Assembly: GCA_964016885.1 (NCBI GenBank)
Contig: OZ024743.1
Location: forward strand, 37,634,001 to 37,698,000
Origin: Eledone cirrhosa
Lineage: Eukaryota
Direction: 5' to 3'
Length of the DNA: 64,000 bases
The stretch's first letter is position 1, and each line of letters starts with the position of its first letter. The notes under the pieces were generated by a model, which saw only the letters and a program-made list of their open reading frames with translations, had not been told where the DNA came from and did no database searches. The translations under genes were made by a program, and so were the position numbers. Below, in pieces: positions 15,298-29,320 of this stretch.

Positions 15298-15690
15298 AGG
15301 CCGAGGTTAACTTTGCCTTTCATCCTTACGGTGTCGATAAAATAAAGTACCAGTTATGCACTGGGATTATTGGTGACCTTGTGCCAAAAGTAGAAACAAT
15401 AATTAAATAATTAAATAATTGGGCCTAAATCAGAAGCAAATATCATCCTTCTTCATAGGACGGTGGATTAGGAGAATCACTATAGCGTCAGTTAAAATGC
15501 TTTGCAGAAATTTAGTTACGGTTCTGTTATTCCGTGTTCAAATGTGACAGTGGTTAACTTTGGATTTCGTTCTTCTTGGGTCGACAAAAGAAAGTACCAG
15601 TAAAGCACATGTTTCAATGTAATCGACTTGTCTTCCTCGGCTTCACAAAATTGATGGCCTTATGCCTGAATTGGGAACCATTGTAATAAT
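15298..15690 (+). mobile_element. Two SINE copies (one truncated, one diverged)
   Basis: SINE body at 15298-15402; diverged copy at ~15460-15690. Confidence 0.7.
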
Positions 15691-15898
15691 TATTATTTTG
15701 CAATATAGTTTATGAAAATATTGATTTCGGGGTTATAGTAAAAAGAAAAAAAGTGCTACAAGAAAATACAAATTAAAACACTATTTGTAATGATAATGAT
15801 TACATACATTGAGCACGAGAGTATGTTGTTTTAAAGATCGCTCAGGTTATCTTAGATTAAATCAACAGTAAAAACATGACTGATGTTGTTTTTATATT

Positions 15899-15994
15899 AA
15901 TTGTTTCTACTTTAGGCACAAGGCCAGCAATTACCCAGTGCATTACTGGTACTTTATGTTATCGACCCCGTAAGGATGAAAGGCAAAGTCAACC
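15899..15994 (-). mobile_element. SINE 3' half
   Basis: Reverse complement of the SINE body. Confidence 0.8.
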
Positions 15995-17010
15995 AATGTT
16001 GTTTTTATATTAATGAAAGTTTTATATTAATGAAAGTTAATGAGCTAAGGATGGAACTAACATTGGTCAAGTATTGCCTTTCTATCTACAATTAATAATA
16101 TCAATAACCAGTGTCTCTAACAGTGTCAAACAGTTAGAACGCCATGAGCTAAGGGGCAATCGATTATGTTGATTCAAGTAGAATATCGGATGATAAAATC
16201 ATAGTTAGAGACAGTATCATCTTAGCTTTAGGTGAAAAGACACAAATATATACAATAGAGTCTCACATACGCAATACATTTTGTTGATGTAGGCCTGACT
16301 GTGTTGTTAAGAAGTTCTCTTTGATATCATAAATCTGAAGTTCGATCCCATTGTGTGGAATTGTTTAGCTATCTATATATTGCAGGTGTAGAGTAATGTG
16401 ACAATTGTATGGGAGAACTGGGTGCATACTTATATGCTTACTACATAATTCATGTAGACGTGAGCCATTTTGGTGTTTAGCCGCAAGTCATTACTGATTC
16501 AATCGACACAGCATGATTAAATTGAAATTACGAAGTTCGAGTCCCAATTATGCGCTCTGGGGATCACCGCTATTGCATGACAACTTGGCCAAGAGTCATT
16601 ACCATAATCTCGCGTCGAACAAGAATTGTGAGTGAAATTAAGCAAACGGAAACTGTGCGTAAAGCTGTTTTTTGGTTTGTGCCAGAAATTCAAAGGCCCA
16701 GCCTTGTCACATACTGTATTACGTTGAATTTTTTTATACCTATATTAGGGGCACACTCTATAGTGCACTCAACCACTTAATAGATCATTTATGAATCGAA
16801 CATTCGGAGCAAGGAACATTGACCGTCGAAACCTACACAGGAATAATGATGATGATGATCATCATAGAAAGCTGCAAAACGTCAAACAACTTATATTATC
16901 ATTGCAATTATAGCGTCAGATCTATCTTATATATACTTGTGTATGTGTTTTTGTGTATATGCTAACACATATATATATATATATATATACATACATATAT
17001 ATATATATGT

Positions 17011-20000
17011 ATGTTCTTCTGGTTTTATAATTTCACAAATGTTTGCCAATAGAGAGAGTCGGTTTCTAACATAGTTACAAGGCTCTCTCATTAGAATTTA
17101 CACACCAACAAGGTAGATATCTATGCATGTCTGCATGCATGCACGTGTACATATGGGTCTTATTGTATGTGTTTGATGCGTATTTTTTGCGTTGCATGTG
17201 TGAATGTGTATATGCTTAGTATCTGTACATGTATATATGCAGTCATTAGATGCAAAATGTTTGGAATGTTTTACATATTTTACTGTTCCATTAATAGATT
17301 GTACTTGTAATTTCCTAATTAGTTGTGTTCTTTCTGTTTCTGTGAAACTCAGCTTCTCAAGATTTGTATTGAGGCAGTTACTAACATATCCCAGTGCCCC
17401 AATTATCACAGGCATAACACTGAAGGCATAATCAAAGTGGAGTATCTGCAGATTTCTCATCAGTTTTGCATAAATATTCTCCTTTTCGCTAATCTTTGAT
17501 ATTATATTGGCATCTGCTGGCCAGCTAACTTACACTACTGTGCATGCCTTCTTTTCCCTGTCCCATATCATAATATCTGGTCTGTTATGCCTGCATTTTA
17601 TTGTTTTTTTTACTGGAACATTCCACCAGTACTCTTTCATATTATGTACATGGATGTATTCCACATTGCTGTAGTTTTTAATGTGTTTATTATCGGGGCT
17701 ATCTTTTCCACGGATTGCATTGTACAATGTTTTGGCCACTACATCATGCCTAATAGGTAGATAGTACCGCGATGACATCTTTGGACAGCTGCTTATGACA
17801 TGGGTGACATCTTCGATGTTTATTCTGCAGAGTCTGCACTTGTTATCACATCTACGTGTTTTGTCTGCATCCCTATCTCTTTTGTGAATCAGGCATTTCG
17901 TGTTGATTTCCTGTTCTTGGATTGCAAAAGCGTATCTCTCAAAGTGGGAGCCAATATAGCGGTTGTTGGTCCAAGATAGACTACTTTCTTTATCTATATT
18001 ACTCTCACTTTGGAGATTCCTGACAAGATATCCATGCATGATTTTTTGCTGATAAGCATGCAGTTTTTCATCCTTGGATTCACTGCGATACTGCTGGGCA
18101 ACTTCCCTGGGTCTGAGATTTTGATTATCACACAAGGAATACTTCTCGATGAGCTTCCCAACACTCACCATCTTATCTGTTTCATGCAGACAGACTTGCT
18201 CTAGAGACGGGCTCCAACGCTTTGAGGTTCGCAGATGTCGGAGGCATATGATGTGACATTCAAATGCTGTCTGGACTGATGTTAGGGCTCTGCCTCCCTG
18301 CTTACCTTTCAAGTAAACACGGTCTATGTCACTGTTGATGTGGAAGTGTCCGCTGTTGTTTAGTATTTTTCGAGTTCCATCATCAACTGCTCGGATTTCG
18401 TCTATCGTCCAATTGAGTATTCCAAAAGTTGGTGTTAGGACAGGCACAGCAAACACATTATGAACCACTGTTTTGTTTTGCGCAGAGAGTTCCGATGACC
18501 ATATCTTTCTTAATCGGGTGTAGTATTCCTTGGTTACGCGTTCCTTATTACATATACCATTATAGGATATGTTCACATCTACCCCCAGGTATCTGTAGCA
18601 GTCCTCATCAGATATTGGTGAAACATTTAGGCCATTGATACAAATGTTGCTAGATTGGGTTGTTGTTTTCTCCCGCTTTACAGACATATATGAGCATTTA
18701 TCTTGGCCAAACTCCATTCCTATATGCATTGAGAGTGTTGTAACCAGGTCATTTTTCTTCCTCCCATCCATGCTCTTGGCATAGAGTTTCAGATCATCCA
18801 CAAAGAAATCATGGGTTAGGTTCGTATTTCTGTCCTGTGAGCCAATGATGTATCCTTCACAATTCTTGAGCAGAAAGGACAAGGGTTTTAATGACAGGAT
18901 GAATAATATCACAGAGAGACTATCTCCCTGAAATATACCCCAGCGATATTTTATTTTAGCAGTGAAAATAGAGACCTCCTTCTCTGTCTTTAACTTTAGC
19001 ATAGTAGCCCAAGAAGAAGACAGCTTCTCTCAGGCTCCGGTAATAATGTCTGGGACTTTAGCAAGTCGGAGGGCCTCTATCATCCAAGAGTGGGGAACAG
19101 AATCGAAAGCTTTCCTGTATTCCAGCCAGACTGTAGCCATATTCCTACTAAGTTGTCGCAGCTCCGACATCGCAGTTTTGATGATTAGGAGTTGTTCAGC
19201 ACAACTCCAAACCCCTTTCTTTCCAGCTGCTTGTTCATCTGTGATGATGTTATTATTTTCACAATGATCTTGGAGGAATAGGTTCTGGCTGGCTGTATAC
19301 ATCTTATACATCAGGTTCTGGCATGCAATGGGTCGGTAGTTTTTTGCCAGGTGGGTGTTTTTGTTCTTGGGACCAGTAACGTTTGTGCTAATGTCAACCA
19401 TTCTGGTATAAGTGTATCTCCCTTAAGAACTTGTTGGTAGACGTCGGTAAGATACCTTCGATAGAATATCAGTTTTTTTGTACCAGTAGCCGACAATCAT
19501 GTCTCTTCCTGGTGTTTTCTTATCTTGGAGTTTTCCTATCACAGTCTCAAGGGTACCCTCATTTATTCCGTAGGTTTTTGTTGTAGGGTAGGAGCAATAG
19601 TTCTTTTGGATTTCTTTTAGCCACACTGCATCTTGGTTGAAATTCTTCTTTTAACCCCATATTTTTCTCCAAAAGGAATCTATGTGTTTCTGGGATGGGG
19701 TCTCAGTGACACTTATTATTTTGCCCTTCATGTCTCTATAGACTGATGTTTGGTTTCGTCTGAATCTTTTATTAAGCACTTTTCTTACATCTACTTCCTT
19801 CAGGTATCGGCGTTTCTGGCTAACAGCCTTCAATTCTTGTTTGAGGGTGATCAGCTTATATTGAAGATTTCTGGTTCTACTGTAACCAAACATCGTCTCT
19901 ATTTTATTTTTCACTCTTTGTTGGTGAGGAGTGAGTTTTTTGTGTTTGTTTGCATATAAGGATCATCGTCACACACGTTATAAACCAGAGTAACAAGACT

Positions 20001-20013
20001 TATCACGTAGTCC
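17011..20013 (-). mobile_element. R4/Dong-clade non-LTR retrotransposon (RT + restriction-like endonuclease), decayed
   Basis: TPGRD, NYRPIACQN, KAFDSVPHSW, GIFQGDSLS, FFVDDLKLY, YRYLG, CRLC..HVISSC, RHD, RPD, VIIGALG. Several frameshifts. (TA)n on both flanks. Confidence 0.9.
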
Positions 20014-20018
20014 TAATC

Positions 20019-20057
<39 letters not shown>

Positions 20058-20370
20058 ACAAAACAAAATGGCGTAGCACAGAAAAAAGGAGAAGCACAAA
20101 AACAAAGAAAATAATTCCCAGTCACAGAAGAGGTTACAGAATGTGTGACCAAAGAACTTTGACAATATATGAACAACCGCCCGGTTGTGGAACCAACCAA
20201 CCAACCGGAAATTTATAAATTCTTAAATTTATAAATTTAATCTATAATAAATTGGAGTGAAACACTGGTGCGTGTGTTTCTTATTGGCAACATGACCCTA
20301 CTAAAGCATAACAATATCGGTTTAACACACGTTTTCAGATAAAGAATCTTGCTAAACAAATTCAGAAACG

Positions 20371-20443
<73 letters not shown>

Positions 20444-20638
20444 GAAGGAAGTGTAGTAAGGAACCAGGTGTACCATAACGCATCAGAGTACTCGATACTT
20501 TGGGTAGTAGAGTGCGTAATAGGAAAAGGTTCAGGACCCCGACGACTGAGCTCAATGCGTTTTGACGGCTAATTCTGGAGTCCAGAAATTGCGATCGAAA
20601 CGACTTGAGCTCTGCCGTCGGGGACCTGAAACTTTTCC

Positions 20639-20701
<63 letters not shown>

Positions 20702-20795
20702 GGAAAAATTTGAACAGGAACAAAACAGAGAGGCAGTACAACGAATGTTTATTAATTTCACGCTCTGGAGAGTGGAGTGGTGGTGGGGAACGACG

Positions 20796-20819
20796 TTTCG
20801 GGCATAAGCCCTTCCTCAG
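20796..20819 (-). ncRNA. Minimal hammerhead ribozyme core
   Basis: CTGAGGA agggc ttat gccc GAAAcgtc. Confidence 0.7.
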
Positions 20820-21892
20820 GTGAGAAGTGTGTGGGAACAGAGTTCAAAGGGTGTGTAGGGGAGTGGTGGAGAGACATATAGCGAAAGGAAACGGTGCGAA
20901 TGAAATTAAAAATAAAAATAAAAATAAAGCATGATCAAAATACAAGGAATGAAATACAATTAAATATAAAAGCATGATCAAAATAAACTGAAATTAAAAA
21001 GGGGTAAAACAGGTGGTGGAAGGGTGTGGGGGGTGTAGGCGTGGTGGCGGGTGGAGTGGGGAGAGGGAGACGGGGTGTCCGAGCGGGGAGGGCTGAAGGT
21101 GGTGTGTGTGTGTAGGTGTACGTGTGTGTGTGTGTGTATGTGAAAGTAAGGGTTGGGGGAAGAACGGGGTTGCATGTTCAGGAAGAGGTGTGTTTGGTGG
21201 GGTTGTAGGTCGGAGTGTCTGTGCGTGTGTGGATAGAGGGGTGGGGGGATAGGAATCAGGAGTCTGAGGGTGTAAATATGTGGTGGAAAGCACGTGCGTG
21301 TGGGGTTTAAGCGTGTTGTGGGTGTAGGTGGCGTGTGGAGAAAAAAATTTGTTTGGGTGTGTGTGTGGGTGAGTTATATAGGTGATTTCGGAAGAGGATG
21401 GTTGAAAAGTTGGTAAATTCCTATGATGTTTAGTAGATTCCGTGGTGGTCAAGTTCCACATACGAGTATTCCATGAAGAGATGGTCGGAAGAGGAGAGAT
21501 GTGGGGTGCGCGCGCAACAGGAAGTGGTCGAGCAGTGGGAGTGCTGTGTGTCTGTTCGTGCTGGGAGGTGGTCAGAGGGCATAGCAGCAGTCGGTGGAAT
21601 GGTAAAGGGGCGAAGATGGGTAGGTGTGAAAGTTGGAGTGAGGAGGGTGTGTGTGTGTATTAGTAGAGGTGATAGTGGGATGAGTGAGTGTGGAGCGAGG
21701 AGGGTGTGTGTGTGTATTAGTAGAGGTGATAGTGGGATGAGTGAGTGTGGAGCGAGGGTGTGGGTGGAGCGGGGAGAGAAGGGTGTGTGTAGTTCTATGG
21801 AGGGAGTGTTGTGTACTGGTGTGTGTGTAGTTTGTTGAAGGGGGTGTTAGTGGGTGTTAGTATACGGGAGGTGGGGAAGGGTTGAATGCAGA

Positions 21893-22408
21893 TATATTCA
21901 TTAGTTAAGCAAAACAAGACCACAAATTTCACAAGGAAGACATTATTAAAAGATTGTCAACATATATTAGTTTGATGTAAGGAATGAAGAGAATAATAAT
22001 AATAATATTAATAATAATAATTCCGTTTACAACCAGATCAATAATGATATATAGTTATCTGATCCAGAAATATTATATGGAGTAGCGAAACAATTGTAAA
22101 CGGACATTATTATTATTAATATTATTATCATTATTCTCTACATTTCTTACATCAAACTAAAATATGTTGACAATCTTTTAATAATGTCTTTCTTGTGAAA
22201 TTTGTGGTCTTGTTTCGCTTAACTAATGAATATTTACAGCTCTGCGCGCCTAACTTCTGCATGAACCAAGCCACCTAGCTGCTTTCTACTGCATATTGCA
22301 CATTGAGCATATGCCTTTACGCTTTGGCTTCTTACTAATTCACCAATCTCTCCTCTCCTATCTCCTCTCCTATCTCCAACTCTCTCTTTATGATTGGTTA
22401 CTCTTGAA

Positions 22409-22411
<3 letters not shown>
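21893..22411. mobile_element. Non-coding derivative of the 32851-36421 PLE (inverted pLTR + pLTR + tail)
   Basis: 21893-22030 matches the pLTR at 32851/36174. 22031-22411 is the reverse complement of ~36021-36357. Confidence 0.85.
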
Positions 22412-22470
<59 letters not shown>

Positions 22471-22642
22471 ACACACACACATATGAATAAATTTCACGTT
22501 GATTTTTCGCTTCAGATATAAATATCCATTTCAGGCATTCTGATTGCATTCTCATTTACTATTAGTATCGATTTTACTTCACTGCCGTTGTATGCATACG
22601 CATGTGTGAACGTTTGAATACCACGCGCATATGTAAAGCACG

Positions 22643-22643
22643 G

Positions 22644-22696
<53 letters not shown>

Positions 22697-22736
22697 CTTC
22701 TTCTTCTTCTTCTTCTTCTTCTTCTTCTTCTTCTTC
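22643..22736. repeat. (GTT)n(CTT)n compound microsatellite
   Basis: Direct observation. Confidence 0.95.
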
Positions 22737-22752
22737 TACATTTTTATTGTGT

Positions 22753-22793
<41 letters not shown>

Positions 22794-23850
22794 TCGTTTT
22801 CATCAATAAAATTATGACGTTATCATAGTAAATACTAAAACAATAGAAATACTTTTACACAAACAAACAGACAAAAAATTCACAAAATTTCTAATATATA
22901 TTTTCTTTTCTTCCTTTTTTGTCTTTGTTTAATATTAATGAAAATTCATTCCACTCGATTGAGGAAAAAGAAAAATGATTGCCCTGACACGGTGTGTCTA
23001 TGACAAAAACGGAATAAAAACAATTAATTCTTTTATTATTCCATTCTAATTTGCTGAACAAGTGCTTCGCTTATGATCTTTGGCTTGGAAATTGAAGAGC
23101 ACACTTGAGGAAAGAATTCTAAACAGAATGTTACTGAGGAGTCGATGACAAATATATTAACAGTCAACAAGTCAAGTAGTTGGAATTTATTTTCATTATA
23201 AAGAATGTTGAAGATTTTGTTTTATTTCAAAGAATTTTATTTCCCAAGTGGAAGAAAATGTTAATTTTTTTTTTAGAATTATATTTGAATTCTCATATTT
23301 CTTTGCGTTTTTTTTTTTCCTACTGCAATTAACTGGATACATTTCTTGTAATTGAGATTTTCTTTTTTTTGAATGTTAGAATATACATCCCATAAACATA
23401 TTTATCAGCAAACTCTAACAGAAAAGTGTCAAACTACATTTTGAACATAGTTGTATCATTATACAACCTTTAATCCTTGAGACAACAAGTCAGCGTATAT
23501 GGAGTTGACGTACAAGAAATAGCAGCTATATCTCACTCATGGAATATGTCTTCATTGTCCGATCAATGGAGCAGCTTACTCACTAAATTAACATGCCATT
23601 AGACACGTCTGCCCATAAAATGATTTTTAGAGGAATTCAGCATAACACAGTACAAAGACATCAAGAAAAAGACAAGAAACACACAATAGCGGCATTCAGA
23701 AAATCAACGACAATAATTAGAACTTCGATTAAGATAGATCTTAACAAACCGCCAAGGGAATTCTAGTTTTCAAACTCCCAAAATAACTATGGTTAATTGA
23801 ATTTTTGTCAGCTCCCTACATATCATATATAAGAATTTACTATGAGTGTG

Positions 23851-23913
<63 letters not shown>
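23851..23913. repeat. (TCTA)n microsatellite
   Basis: Direct observation. Confidence 0.95.
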
Positions 23914-26900
23914 GTAGACCGGACGTGCGATAGATCGTTGGTACGCTTTTGTAAAATTTTCTATACAAAAACAGAATTTATTGTGTGAACATTTATATTG
24001 TTTGATAGAGTAACACACAGGCTGAATTGTCCGCTGAGTGGTAATCTCAGTTTTCGCCGCCGTGGGGCGAAAATTTAATTAAATAAATTATTGAGAAGTT
24101 TTAAAATTTTCCTAACTTTAAGAATGTGTGACTTACATAGAACGCTAGACAACGAGAAGAGAGGGAAAGAGGCAGATATAGCGTTATATCTCCCTCTACT
24201 TACATAGAGTATCTACGGTGACAAACAACAACGAAACTTCGTTTCGTATTTGCACAACAAAAGATGAAAATAAAAGCCCACAACAGACCTAAAAAAATAC
24301 ACAATGACACACCAAAAAACCACCAACAACAGCAAAACTGAAAAAACAACATTCGCACGGACTGTAATAAAAAAAAAACGGAATATAAAGAGTTGGACAT
24401 CAGCAATTCAAAATAGATGTTGTCTGATGCGAGACAATTTATAACATTTGAAGAAAAGCGTGGGTTTCAATGAACTCACCCTTGGAAATTAAACAACAAA
24501 CAGTTCAAACAACGGTAACCTTCAGGACTGTCTCAAATCAAATAAAAAAGCCGGTATTCCTCAGTCAAGGGGAAATTGAAACCACATTGAAAGAGGCTCT
24601 GCCGGATATTGATTTTATGCAGAGGGCCAGACTATATGGAAGTATTTCGGTAATTTTAAAAGCGACGCCCTCGCACAAAAGCATTCTGTTACACCAGTCA
24701 TCACAAAAACATACACCTTTTTCCCTACTTACTTTGGAAAAAGAACTCAAAAAATTAAAATAAATAACATACCACCAAACATCAACATTTGGTGGATCTT
24801 AGCAGGGTTCATAGAGCCAGAAAGTGACACAATTCTTTCGGTCAGGAGGTCGACCAGACAAAGGTGGGCGGGTACCAATTTGGAGATTCTGGTGCAGATG
24901 AGGCCGGAGAGAATCTCGAAAATACCCACAAAGGTCCTAGTCGACAACAACAACTATATTAACATTTCGCTTGAGGGACGAAACCCACATTGCTTTCGTT
25001 GCAATAGCACCACACATCTAAAGACCTCCTGCCCTTTACAAACACGCTCAACTAAAACAATCCAAAAGAAAACACTGTTACCAACCCCAACACCAAAACA
25101 ACCACCACCAGACAACAACACACGAAACAAGTAAACACACCAAAACAAAGAGCCAGTCAACAGAAAACAAAAGAAAAAACACAGACAACACCTTTAAGTG
25201 AAGAAGAAGGAGAGCCTCGGAAATCCAAAAAACAAAAACGAGACACCACAAAACCCCCAAAGCTCCAATCACCAACACCAACACATAACCCCAGACACAA
25301 ACAACAACAAAAACAACACCACAGTCAAAAGTCCCCCTACCAGCAAAACCAACACCAACACCACCCCAAATACAAGCACCCACCATAAATAGAAAACTCC
25401 CGAACGAACAACAAACAATAACAACACAACAAAAACACAAACTACAATACGCATACATCAACACAAACAATAAGAGTTTGATGGAGGTCATCTCCCCAAA
25501 CCCCATGGTGGAGACGGAGGGCAACACTTTCGTTAAAGCAGAATCGTCTCCACACCTTAAACTTATAAGGGTCTCTATGGAGACCTATAGTGACCTGAAG
25601 AATACATTTTCGCAGGACGTGTGCAACCCCTGCCAGAAACCCATCAACCGCGTCATGTTAAAATGTTTCCCAACCCCACCCAACAGCCCCTCCAGCACCC
25701 AAATGGAGATTGAACAACCCGATCTCCAGGAAACAAAAAGGTAAGTGCATCTTTTCGCCCTTTTTCGCCAACTCTTCTACACCAACATGGCTAGTTTACG
25801 AGTTGGAAGCGTGCATATGCGTGGCCTAGGGATGCCCTGGAAATAGGGCCAACTTTTAAACGACCTTAGGTCAAACGCTATGGATGTGATAACCATCACC
25901 AAGTCCAGGATCCACAACAGGTAGCAACTATCCCCCATCTTCAATGACTTTGAGATGTGCGCATCTCTCTGTCAGCCAGGAGGTGGAGGGGCAGTGGCTG
26001 TCATGTTTCGGAAAAACCTAGATGTCGAAGTACAGCAAGTACACTTGGACCCAGAGGGTAGAGTGGTAGTCCTAGACGTGAACAGTATTGGAGGTGGAGC
26101 CTTCAGACTGGTGGCCGCTTATACCCCGACCGAGCAAACGCAATCCCGGCCAGACTTCTTTAAGCGTCTAGAGTCTTTTCTGGGAACATCTCGCTCCTTA
26201 CTTTTAGTGGGGGACTGGAATGGTGTCCTAGAAGCACGATTGGGAGCATGTCCCAGTAGAGGGGGGGGGTGCAACAGCCTCAAAAATCTAATCGGCCAAT
26301 TCCACCTGGCCGATAGATATCTACTAGATTTCCCGACTGCACCACAGCGGGACATCTAGATCGTATTTAGATAGGTCTTTCATTAGAGAGAAGGACAAGA
26401 AGATGTTAAGCTGTCCACAAATGCACATGGTTGCCTATTCAGACCACAAACTAGTCATCTGCATAGTCAACCGTGATAAAATGCATAGACAAGGACCCGG
26501 ATACTGGAAGCTGAACGTGTCGCTATCGACACGTAAAACCTACAGTGAACGGATAAGTAGATTAGTTAAGCAACAATTGACGGGAGCCATCGTCAACAAC
26601 AGATGGTGGTACTCCCTCAAGAAAGCAATGAGAGTAGAGTCGATAGACTTTAGCAGAGAGTTAGCCTTAGAGAGAAACAAAACAGAAAAGGAACTATTAG
26701 CCAAGGTAGAGGAGGCGCTTAGGAGTGACAACGTAGCTAGAGTGCTAGCAACGAGAACGGCGCTGGAGCAGTTCTTCGACGCGAAACATGAAGGCTGCGT
26801 GGTCAGAAGTAAATCACGTGCCCTAGGAAACTAGGGAGCGAAAGATGTTAGCTGGGCCCGAGTGGCAGAGGCGAAAAGTGGCAACAAATCCACGATTCGG

Positions 26901-29320
26901 TCTTTGAAAGACCAAAACGGACGCGTGCTACTTGACCCCAAGCGGATGTACGCGGCCTTTCAGCGGCACTTTGTGCAACTGTTCGGGCAGAGTGGCGGTG
27001 TGTCGAACGAGGCAATGGACTTCGGTTCATACATCGATGGCCTGCCGCGTCTCTCGAGCATGAACTCCGAGTTCTGTGAAAGACCGATCACAGCCACTGA
27101 GATAAGGGACGCTCTGGGCCGCTGCGGTAAATGCAAATCACCCGGTCTAGATGGTCTACCCTATGAGTTTTACATAGGCATGCCGGACTTGTTCTCTGGC
27201 GTCCTCGAGGCCGTCTACTGAAACTGGCAGCAGAACGGGAGAATTCCCAGTTCTGCAGGCAGGCGCGTAGTAACGCTGATCAGAAAAGACGACAACAAGG
27301 GGAACGAACTAAGCAAATTTAGGCCCATAACTCTTTAACACAGATTTAAAGATTTTGGCCAAGGTGTTAGCAACGTGGTTGGCGCTTGTCGTCAAGAACC
27401 TGGTAGGGAAAGCGCAAACGTGTGCAATCCCGACCAGGTCCATACACGACAACATCCACCTCATGCGATACATCGTAGAGAGGGTTGGGTGTAAACCCGG
27501 CTTCGGTGGGGCCCTGATCAACTTGGATCAGTCTAAGGCTTTCGATAGGGTTGACCATCGTTACCTGGACGGTGCTCGAGGAGGCAGGCTTCGAACTCGT
27601 GTTCAGCGGCTGGATTGCTCAAAGGACAAGGTGAACGGGTACCTCTCGGAGCCGTTCCATATCACGGGATCCATCCGACAGGGATGCCCTCTCTCCTCCC
27701 TTCCGTACGTACTGACTCTCGAGCCACTACTACGGAAGTTGGAGCTATTGCAGGGCATCTCTCTGGAACCGGGACTGCGGAAAGCGGCGTCGGCCTACGC
27801 CGACGACGTGACGATAATAGTGTCAAGCACCTCACAAATCGAGGAAGTCGGCACCTTACTGAAGGAATACGAAAGGTTCACAGGAACTGAACCGGGACAA
27901 GTCCATCGGTTTGCAACTCGGATCGTGGTGAGGCAAACCGATGCCTTCCGTTGGCGTCGTCGGACGCTGGACGGAAGGACCGGTGAAGCTGGGCCGAGTG
28001 CAAACTATCCGTGAAAGGTCGGGGGGAGGTGGCGAACACTTTTATAGCGTCCGTCATCTACTACCGCTTGACAATTGTGCCTTGTCCAGCCAAAACGCTC
28101 ACCAAAATGGAGCGCGCGCTCTTCCATTCTTTTGGAAGAAGCGGGCTCCTTTGGTGAGGAGATCCATCTGCTGCCAACACCCTTCCAACGGAGGACTGGG
28201 GATGCCGTGGCTGACGATGCACAAACACGCACTCAGGCTGCGGCATCTCTACGTATTCCTCACCAGACAACCGGCGTGGGCCCGGTTCGTGAGGCGAGCC
28301 TTCCCACGATTCTTCTCGCCGGCCGACCTGCAGTCCTGGGTCAAGCAAGGACCGAGGAAAATGGGCGACTGGCACATCGAATGTGCTCAGGCGCTCACAG
28401 CCCTCTGGCAGGCGTACTCAGCGATCAGTGAGACTCCACTTCGTCATTCTATAGAGGTTTGATCCGCAGCAAGTGCGACGACGCGCTCGGAGAAACTCTG
28501 GGCGTAGAGGAAGACGAACTGGCCAGTCTGTTCGGTAGGACCTTACGCCCGGGACCATGGACAACTTCCAGAAGTCCCTGGTCGGGCAGTGCTACCGAGG
28601 AGCTCTACCAGTTCGAGACAAACTCTACAGACATGGGCGCCCGGGCAGGGACCCTTCGAAAAAGATCTGTCCGAGATGCATGGGAGACGAAGAAACCGTC
28701 GCGCACGCATTCATACACTGTCCAAGCGTTACCGACCTGTGGGGCTATGTATAACGACTATTGTCGCGGGTGGGACCAATCCGGTTGACCACGGAGTCCA
28801 TTGTCATTATCAAATCGCCACCCTCCTTCAAAAACGAAGGAGAGGCGGTTTTCCTTTGTGTGATAGCTATGGCGAAAGAGGTTGTATGGTGGACGAGGTT
28901 AAAAGGGCTGAGGTCAGACACCTTTCTCTCCGGCCAACAACTGATTCTTTTTTTCAAATCCCACTATGGAAGAAGAATCCGGATGGAGAGAGAGGTTCTG
29001 TACCCCAGCAAGTTATATGAAAGGTGGGTGAAAGTGGTGAGAATGGCCCGAGTGAATGGGCCTTCTCTCTATATCAGCCTGTAGGTTGAGGAAAAAGAGG
29101 AAGAGAGGAAAGGGGTACAAACTCTTCGTACTCCTGGAGATGAGGGTTGCACATTTTTTTCGGGTGTATGTGTTACCCATATGAAATGTCTCCCCCTATC
29201 GGGGAAAATCGAATAATTTTTATATTGCATTTGTGATAGTATTTTACACGTTTTTATTCTATGTAAACTTCCCCCTTTTTATTTGTCCCCTTCTTTTGTG
29301 CCCCTGTCGCTAATAAAAAA
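23914..29320 (+). mobile_element. L1/Tx1-clade LINE, near full-length, decayed
   Basis: ORF1 zinc knuckle CFRCNSTTHLKTSC (~24990). ORF2 from 25787: APE motifs (GDWN, SDHK, GPGYWKLN), SPGLDGLPYEFY, DQSKAFDRVDH, RQGCPLS, YADD, GGLGMP, CPRC..ETVAHAF..C. Ends in aataaaaaa. The 5' boundary is inferred from the (TCTA)n tract. Confidence 0.9.

Noticed and set aside
20990-21890. H/T/P-rich and G/V-rich ORFs
   Set aside because: GT-rich low-complexity region next to a hammerhead pLTR, with a 57-bp tandem duplication near 21640; no clear domain.
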